DNA of 64,000 nucleotides from Octopus vulgaris (Eukaryota): NCBI GenBank assembly GCA_951406725.2, contig OX597817.1, positions 18,476,001 to 18,540,000 of the forward strand, read 5' to 3'. Shown piece by piece: positions 55,640 to 64,000 of this stretch (position 1 is its first letter; each line of letters starts with the position of its first letter). The notes under the pieces were generated by a model. It saw only the letters and a program-made list of their open reading frames with translations, ran no database searches and was not told where the DNA came from. The position numbers and the translations under genes were made by a program.

Positions 55640-56940
55640 GTATGCATATAAGGATATACAACACACCTAGAAGTGTACGAAATTGCTTAGATACAATAGA
55701 AAACGGAGATAAAAAAAGAGCAGAAACTACAATGCATAAGCATCATACTGATATTAAAATCTGTTTAGAGATGTAAATATGCAAGCTATCCCAGTTATAA
55801 TCTTTTACTTCAATATAATAAATTGCAAGTAAATGTAATTAAAGCACCTGGATTGAAAAAAAAAATTATATTAGATTACCACGGTGTTTCGAAAACCCTA
55901 CCTGAAAGATGATAATGATACGATATACAAGCTAGCAAAACAGAGGCGATGGGGATCGATACACATAAATAACCAGAAAAATAGTAACAACACATTGATT
56001 AGAAAGAAAACCTTAGAAGCATGTAAATGGTAACTGACTAATGCAATAAGGGATGACGAAGGAAATTGTTTCTAATATACAGATAAACAATAAAGTACAA
56101 ACTAGAAGCGAACTACACGGTAGATAGATATTTAGATGGGTAAAAACATCAAACAATAGTTTAAAGAAATAAAAGCAACATCTAAACGGAATTCAGTGAA
56201 AACAGTGGTGATGCATACCCTGCGCGCATTCAAGGATAAAATAAAATTTAATTTAATAAATATATTCTCAGACGAATTCATATTTCAACAAAATGACATC
56301 AAAAGTTATTTCCCCTGCTTATGTAACAAAGAAAGAATATTTTGATTCACACACTCTCACCAGTTTTGGAGATAATCAAACCAAAGTTTAATGTGTTCAA
56401 GTCACTTATCCAATGAGTATTTCTATTGAATTTGGGGAAAATCCGTTTATCCGTCTTTCAGTAAATTTGTAAACACACAGACTGACAGACAAAGACGAGC
56501 GATTGCAATAACCTTGCTACGCTTACGCGCGCAGGGTTTTAATTATGGTAAACAAAAAATGTAGAAATGAATTACGCATCAATGTCAATAAACGAAGGAA
56601 TCAACAGAGCAAAATTGAGGCAGTGGGAAATTTATCAGCGGTCCAGAATATACAACGTGATGACTGCTCACATAGTTTTTAGGTGCGCTATGCTTGTAAA
56701 TTCAGAGTACATTCACAGACATGGTACAGCTGGCAGCTTTATCCAATGGGCAACATGCCGCTATTTCAGCACGAAAATAAATAAGAAATGGTATAACAAA
56801 GACCTGGCTACAACCGTCTGGAACATACCTGTACATATTTACGAGGAGACCAAAGCGAGCCGTCCAGATAAGATTATCAACAACGCGAATATAAAGGAAT
56901 ATATCGCTCTGGGGATGGTGAGCAAATAAAGTAAAATGAT
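55640..56940 (+). mobile_element. Degraded R4/Dong-like (restriction-like endonuclease) LINE; probably continues from ~53100-53870
   Basis: AIPVI..FNII and EYIHRH...IQWATCRYF..KKWY...VWNIPVH....SRPD.II (the RHD/W and RPD motifs). Confidence 0.65.
56217..56537. mobile_element. Helentron/DINE-1-like non-autonomous element
   Basis: Inverted repeats accctgcgcgc (56217-56227) and gcgcgcagggt (56527-56537), terminal hairpin, internal (ACAG)-like microsatellite. Confidence 0.5.
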
Positions 56941-57959
56941 CTTTAAATTAAAATTAACTGATTGTTGGTTGTGAGAATGGGAACAGTACCTTTAACAATT
57001 TGGACACAGCTATAATCAAAAGAAGAATAAGAACACAAACAATACCTGAGCTGGCAAGGTACAGATTATATTCTATGTGGAACAGTTTAGATTCAATAAC
57101 ACAACACATCCATTTAAATCTCTACTTAACACTAATAGAATTACTCTTTATAATTACCATTCAGTCACGCATACAACCTATAAAATAATACAACTCTTAT
57201 AATATTTGACGTTATAAAGCAACTTACACGCAATCAACAATAAGCAAAATCTATGTTCTGTATAACTGCTATCCAATAATATAACAGCGTTTACAATCTA
57301 CACGGCACATACACAATCATTTAGCTCAAAGTTTGGAGACGAAGTAACCTTGATCAAAAGTAACATTAGATATCACTAGACTCGTTCAGTTAAGAAGATA
57401 AAGCCGCAAACCAAAAAAGACATCAATCATAGAAATATAGAGAATTAGCACAATAAAAAAGAAAAATGTACTCAACAAACGAGAGCAAACAATAATAATA
57501 GGATTAGAGCATTAAACTTAAGACCAATGATAACGCAAAGCAGTAAGATAGATCTATACCCCTTCGCACCAAAGCAAATAAAACAAAAACAAAATCAAAT
57601 TCTTCAAGGAGACCGGCAAGCGAAACTGAACTACAAGAAGAAAATCGAAATAAAATAGAAAATAATGATATGAGTATAGTAAATTATAAGGACAAAAAAA
57701 CGGGAATAATATAAAGATATACAGATGGAAACAGTTAAAGAATTTAAATCTGTAGCAGAGCTTAATATGAACCAACAAAAGAACATGCCAAGAATAAAAT
57801 TTAACAGTACAAAAAACAAACGAGGCACTTGTAGACTTAATGGGAAATAGATACGAACATGAATATAACCATGATATATATATATACATATGATAGCCCT
57901 CCGTTCGCGACCAAAGAAGGTCATTGCCGACCTTTATAAATATTGTGCACTCTAGGATT

Positions 57960-59960
57960 AACTTATATTTTGCATTGGCGGCTCCGTTGATGGCTAATGA
58001 GCACTGCTCTTGACAAGAATACACGACTACAAACATTGCAAACGAAGCTTTCCCTATTCACTACATTAGCGGTGCGCTTTCGAGCAACACGCTTAAATTC
58101 TTCATACAGAATACGTGCTCTCTCGAAGATGTCCCCCACCCTTTACCTGCTTCCTCGATCAGTGGCGATGACAGGCGTTGCTCTCCCAGTCAGTCTCCTG
58201 CGTATCACAGGAGACTGTGATATGCAGGAGGATTTGACACAGTCCCTCAGTCGCAGCTTTGGTTTCTGCCAAGGTCTCTTTCCATTTACAAGTTCCCCAT
58301 ATAACATCAGTTTAGGGATTCTGCTAACCTTCATTCTAATATGGTGCCCAGTCCAACGTAACCGGTGCTTGTCCAACATCTCAATACTCAAGATTTCAGC
58401 TTTCTTCAACACCTGTGTGTCTGGAGTTTTTAAGGTCCAGCCACATTTCAGAACGTGTCTCAGACATTTCAGATGAAAGCGTTCAAGGACACTTACATGA
58501 TGTTTGTAAAGGGTCTATGTTTCACATGAGTAAAAGAGCGATGTCAGTACACATGCACGGTAAACAGCAATTTTTGTTTGCCTTGTGATGTCATGCTGGG
58601 ACCAGACACGAGACTGAAGAAACCGGAAAGAATTAGTTGCTCTCTGCGGCCTGAAAGATATTTCATAAGCCAGGGAGCAAGAACGGCTGAGTGTGCTGCT
58701 CAGGTAGACAAACTCGTCTACCACTTCTAGTATTGTTCCTTCAGCCAAGATAACTGGTTCCACATATGGATTTCCTGGTGCAGGTTGGAACATTACAATA
58801 GTCTTGTCCAGGCTAATGCTGAGTGCAAATGTCTTGCAAGAAGCAGAACTACAATTCATGAGTATTTGCGTGTCATCTACTGTATGAGTGACTATGTCAC
58901 AGTAATCTGCATAAAAGAGGTCACAAATAAGAGACTAGAAAACTTTTTAATTGGCAACAAATCGGCGCAGATTAATGAAGCGGCCAGAAGATCGATACCT
59001 GACATATGTTCCCAGAGAACTAACCTTATCAAAAGCATGAGTAAAAGCAGCATCAAAGTACAAAGAAAAGAGAGTTGGGGCACGGATGTCACCCTGTTTG
59101 ACATCACTCTGTACAGGAATTGGTCCCGCTATACCACCACGAACACTGACCCAAGCCTTCATCTCATCATGAAATGATTTAATTATAGATACAAGGTGAT
59201 CCGGAATCCAACTTTGCTAAGTATTTTCTATAGTAAGGCCCTATTCACATTGGTTAAATCAATGAATACCTGGAGAACATCCACATTCTACTTATAGCAC
59301 ATCTCCCGCATTTGTCTTTCTGTGGAAATCATATCCAATGTCCCTCTAACAGATCGAAAGCCACATTGAGATCCAGATAGGACATCATTTACGAGACACC
59401 CATTCAGGCGAGTTAGAAGAATATTTGTCAGGCTATTTATGAGTCTCTCACAAGCGCTACTGGTAACATGGAATCCAGTACAACCTGTTGCATGGTCGGG
59501 TTGTCGGCGACTAAACCGACACCCCCACCAAGCTAACCTAGTGAGGAGGGTTGCTAGAAAACCAGCAGGATCAAAAACAAAAAAAAAACTTTGAAAGGTC
59601 ATTTAGCAATAGCACGGGTACGCAGAAATTCCGGGATGGTGTCCGGCGTGCTAGAAGACCACCGGGAGTGAGGCAACCCTCAGCTTCTGCTGAAGCATGA
59701 GTTTAGGAGAAAGTCACTCTGATATAAAACCAGATATGCAGGGAAAGGCATTGGACATTTTGAGGATCTTTGGTTTGTGCTAGAGATCACGGCGCTCTCA
59801 CATCTCTGAGCCTGCGACTCATATTGGCACCAGACATCTCGCTCTGGATAATGTCAATAGAGTGCAGAGGGTTTATGACGTATGGTGCAAGCCTTATTGG
59901 ACCTAAAAGTCTGCACAGACATTGCTGACCGCTGCTCGATATATGCTGCTTCCCCACCCT
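57960..59960 (-). mobile_element. RTE-BovB-like LINE, internally deleted
   Basis: SQCGFR..RGTLDMI, FIDL, VKQG..APTLFSLYF, KTIVMFQPAPG, LRWTGH..RM..SRIPK.MLYGEL and C-terminal CNVCSR...SH. A probable 5' UTR is joined directly to the RT region. Confidence 0.88.
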
Positions 59961-60234
59961 ATATATATATTTATCTTATTTTCAGCATATATGTATCTTT
60001 ATTTTTAGGATATTCTTTTATTCTTTATGTTTCAGTCATTTGACTGCGGTCATGCTGGAGCACCGCGTTCAGTCGGGCAAATTGACCCCAGGGTATACAT
60101 CTTCACATATATATTTTCTTCTATTACTAAGCACTGACCTATCCAACAACTCAAATTCCATACTACTACCGTATCTCTGCCCCATCACTTAGACTTTATC
60201 TCTGCACAATTGACACTCCTTTAACTTTTATAAC

Positions 60235-60462
60235 TATTTCTTTATCACCCACAAGGGGCTAAACACAGAGGGGACAAACAAGGACAGACAAACGGATCAA
60301 GTCGATTACATCGACACCAGTGCGTAACTGGTACTTAATTTATCGACCCCGAAAGGATGAAAGGCAAAGTCGACCTCGGCGGAATTTGAGCTCAGAACGT
60401 AACGGCACACGAAATACCGCTAAGCATTTCGCCCGGCGTGCTAATGTTTCTGCCAGCTCGCC
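60235..60462 (-). mobile_element. SINE family B
   Basis: Full body, flanked by aacttttata repeats. Confidence 0.9.
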
Positions 60463-60915
60463 ATCCCAACTTTTATACCTCTCTGTCTATCACCCTCCAT
60501 TCCTTCTATCTTTTTACACTCTAATACCTTTCTCTCCCTATCACCGTTCTCTCCCCATTCCTACTTTCAAATTATCTCTACTGACTACTAACTGGTACAT
60601 CCCTTACTATCTCTTCCTTGTTTTCCTTTTTCTTCTTTCTTTCTTTATTCCTCTCCTGTTTTTTCTTCTTTTTTATTTTTTATTTTATTATTTTATTATT
60701 TTTCTTCTTATTTTCTCCTCTTTTCTCTTTTTTCTCTTTTCTTACCTTTTTTTTATTCCTCTCTTCCTGTTTTCGATTTGAACTTACGAATACATTTCCT
60801 ACTTTTAGGTCACTTAAAATAAAACCCTTGATTCAATAACACTGTGTATAAACTCTATACTTGGGACCAATTTTAAATACTATTGGATTTTACTCGTAAG
60901 GTATTGGAATCTTGT

Positions 60916-61073
60916 GAGTTCAAATTCCGCCGAGGTCGACTTTGCCTTTCATCCTTTCGTGGTCGATAAATTAAGTACCAGTTACGCACTGGGGTCGATG
61001 TAATCGACTTAATACCTATGTCTGTCCTTGTTTGTCCACTCTATGTTTAGCCCCTTGCGGGTAGTAAAGAAAT
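60916..61073 (+). mobile_element. 5'-truncated SINE family B with 17-bp TSD
   Basis: TSD aggtattggaatcttgt at 60899-60915 and 61074-61090. Confidence 0.92.
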
Positions 61074-61337
61074 AGGTATTGGAATCTTGTATGTATAGAA
61101 TTCCGCCTAAATAATAGATCTACATATACAATATCCCTGCATATCTCACATCTATTTTCATTCCTCCACCTCACTCTCTATTTCGTATCTCATCTAAATT
61201 AACTATTGCTTAAGCATCATCTCACACCATCTCCGATGAAGGGATATAATAAATATCCTAGAAACAGCTGTAAGACATATTTATAAATGATCTGAAAATC
61301 TACACTACCTTGGTTTTTTTTATCACATTACGAAAAC

Positions 61338-61411
<74 letters not shown>

Positions 61412-61899
61412 AGCATTTTAAAGAATATATGCATAGAGCTTTATTTTATATTTTCATTTTTGACATTTGACTTTTCACCGCTTTCATATCACGTACATAC
61501 CAATTCTTTTTTGATAAGGAGTGTGTTTTCTTGATTTGTTATAACGTAAATTTCAGCTAACGGAAAATAATTAGTCACATATCGTCTTTTGTTGTAGGCC
61601 TGAGGTAATAACTCGGCAAGCAATTATACAAAATAGCCAGAAAAAAGAAAATAATTAATATATTATATTTACAACGGAAACCCAGCTAGAAAACTATTAT
61701 AAACGTTCGTTAATATCTTCAAAACTCTAAGAAAGCCAGACAGTAAAATATTTTGTTGAAGCCCAAGAATGCAAAATAAACACTGAAGTGAGAGATATTT
61801 GTGAAAAGAAAGAAGACTGCAGAAATCGGGAGAGACGTTAAAGACTTAACTAAGAAGTGTTATATACAATGGCATATTAAACTGATGGTATTAGAAATC

Positions 61900-62285
61900 C
61901 AAGCATAGCGAAAAACGGTAATAGCTGAACATGGTGGAAACAAAGAGCATTCATAACACAGGCTGAGAAGCACATGACTGATAGCTCAGTCTGGAGGATT
62001 TTTGATTGCAGCACAGCATCAACACCTTCCCGTAAGAAACACTAAAGCATGTAATGTAGCAAAAAATGTTAAGTTATTACAGGCTACGTGGAATTGGGGA
62101 AGAAACAATTAACTGACTCGGACTTTTAACGAAGAAATGGTACAGGCATGAACTAGTTTGGATTTGCATACAGTGGATACTATAACAGTATTATGACGTA
62201 GCAATAGAAAAGAATTTGCTATGAACATACACTAGATACAGACAATAACAAAATGACCATACTTTGAGGTGTACCATTAAAAGAC
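61900..62285 (+). mobile_element. R4/Dong-like LINE relic
   Basis: GGFLIAAQHQHLPVRN (resembles EGFLIAAQDQ.L.TRN) and YRHELV..CIQW...MTIL. Confidence 0.6.
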
Positions 62286-63071
62286 ATAGAGAGAGAGACC
62301 GAATATTGCTGAGAAACATCAAGAAATTTGTTTTCGTAATGTGATAAAAAAAACGAATATTGTTGAGAAACATCAAGAAATTTGTTTTCGTAATGTGATA
62401 AAAAAACCCAAGGTAGTGTAGATTTTAGATCATTTATAAATAGGTCTTACAGCTGTTTCTAGGATATTTATTATATCCCTTCATCGGAGATGGTGTGAGA
62501 TGATGCTTAAGCAATAGTTAATTTAGATGAGATACGAAATAGAGAGTGAGGTGGAGGAATGAAAATAGATGTGATATATGCAGGGATATTGTATATGTAG
62601 ATCTGTTATTTAAGCGGAATGGTATACATAGAAGATTCCAATACCTTACGAGTAAAACCCAATAGTATGTACCCCGTAAAAAACGACAACGTGACTTTTA
62701 TTGGAGTATAGAAATGATTCAGATATAAAATTCGGAGCTGAAAATCGGAACAATCACTATAATGATAGGTCCTTGGAGGGCGGCATGAGAAAATACAGAC
62801 AAATATGTTTCGGGTGTTGTACACTGTCACTGCCTACAGGCACAGCGTAGTGGATAAAGGCGTTGGTTAATACAGTAAAATCACCTAGGTTTTCTGAGTT
62901 CAGTCCCATGCAAGTCACTAAGTTGAACCACATGACGCTTTAAGAGAGCTGGAGTGAGCAATAGCCGAAACGTAGTGAAACCATCAATTAAGATGAGGAC
63001 ACCACTCCGACTAATGTAAGCCGAGAACATATTAATCGTATTAATATAATAGAACAGATCACAACACTTAC

Positions 63072-63119
63072 CGTGCCCAGGAATAAAAAGAAGACTGCGC
63101 AATACAAACGACTATTCAT
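63072..63119 (-). CDS. Putative first coding exon encoding a signal-peptide-like N-terminus
   Basis: aaATG..., MNSRLYCAVFFLFLGT, followed by a consensus donor ACG|gtaagt, phase 0. Confidence 0.5.
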
Positions 63120-64000
63120 TTCTTATATTGGTAAATATGTGGGGAGCAATCATATATAAACATATTCAATCACTCGAACACAACATCTGCTGATAGTAAT
63201 TGTTAGTAAAAAAGTGTTTGACATAAACATTCATTTAAATGAATGTTTGATAAATCTTGGATCAATCGATTTGTTTTTCGTTACTATCATATAGATGGAA
63301 AAAACGATTAATAAAACTGAGGCAGTCATTATTACAATTTGAACATTTGTATGGTGATATCCGTGAAAAAAGTATGACCAGGAAAGGATTTCAGAATATT
63401 TCAATTCTGGGGAGAAATGAATTGGGAAAATGTTAAGCTCTGAATTTAAAGAAGCAGAATATCTGAAATAGTAACGATATTAGGAGCAGAGAACAGACAA
63501 ATATGATACTTAAATGAATTTATACAAATAAAAATAAATGATCACTATTACAAAAAGCGAAATAAAATGACTGATAAATTTAAGTGAGAAAATTATCAAA
63601 ACAAGATCATTGATTATTGGGAAATAATATATTTTTTGATTGCCATAAAGATAGAAAAGATATGAAATAAAGAGGGAAGGTCTTCAAAACATAGTTCACA
63701 TACAGAAATATGCACACGCATACACACACGCGGAAGCTCACAGAGGATCACAAACGCACACGGATATTATATTTATGTATGCATATATATATATATATAT
63801 ATACGTCATACATATACACACGTATACATATGCATCATATATATATATATATCATAGGAATCTTCAAAATTTAATGGCTGCATTTTTACATGTGGAGTCT
63901 TCTGCAAAAAAAGTCTCAATAAAAATGTATAAAACTGGTTTTATAGCGATAACAAATTATTACTGTAAACAAAACGAATAGGAACTCGAAAACAGTCGGT

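Larger units (their letters stand above)
60877..62668. repeat. ~290-bp inverted repeat pair, each arm with a hammerhead (61230-61275 +, 62445-62490 -)
   Basis: Arms 60877-61342 (with a SINE-B insertion) and 62379-62668. Motif tct-CCGATGA-a-gGGATAT aataa ATATCCt-a-GAAAC-agct-GTA-aga. Confidence 0.88.

Noticed and set aside
59700-59960. Possible HDV-like ribozyme at the RTE 5' end
   Set aside because: Could not build the nested double pseudoknot by eye.

Overview
AT-rich, microsatellite-dense animal DNA. The tRNA-derived SINE families, Penelope-like elements (PLEs), RTE and R4/Dong LINE relics and (TA)n/(CA)n/(CATA)n arrays resemble an octopus (coleoid cephalopod) genome; this is recognised by eye, not from a database search. 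Almost all listed long ORFs are microsatellite artefacts. Supported features: a degenerate intron-containing hAT-like transposon with TIRs and an 8-bp TSD (10428-14158), a mariner relic, a non-autonomous Helitron, two abundant SINE families, a young CR1/L2/Jockey-group LINE whose 3' tail matches one SINE family, and several RTE, R4/Dong and PLE relics. Two observations stand out. (1) About a dozen minimal type-I hammerhead ribozyme motifs from several unrelated repeat families, most with palindromic stem III and some with U3-A8 or C4 core variants; one lies in a non-coding 452-bp 1.5-mer retrozyme-like unit (43623-44334). (2) A hand-assembled, phase-consistent minus-strand spliced gene (63119 to about 46605) for a putative secreted precursor with one in-frame UGA. 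All coordinates were read by eye and may be off by a few bases.
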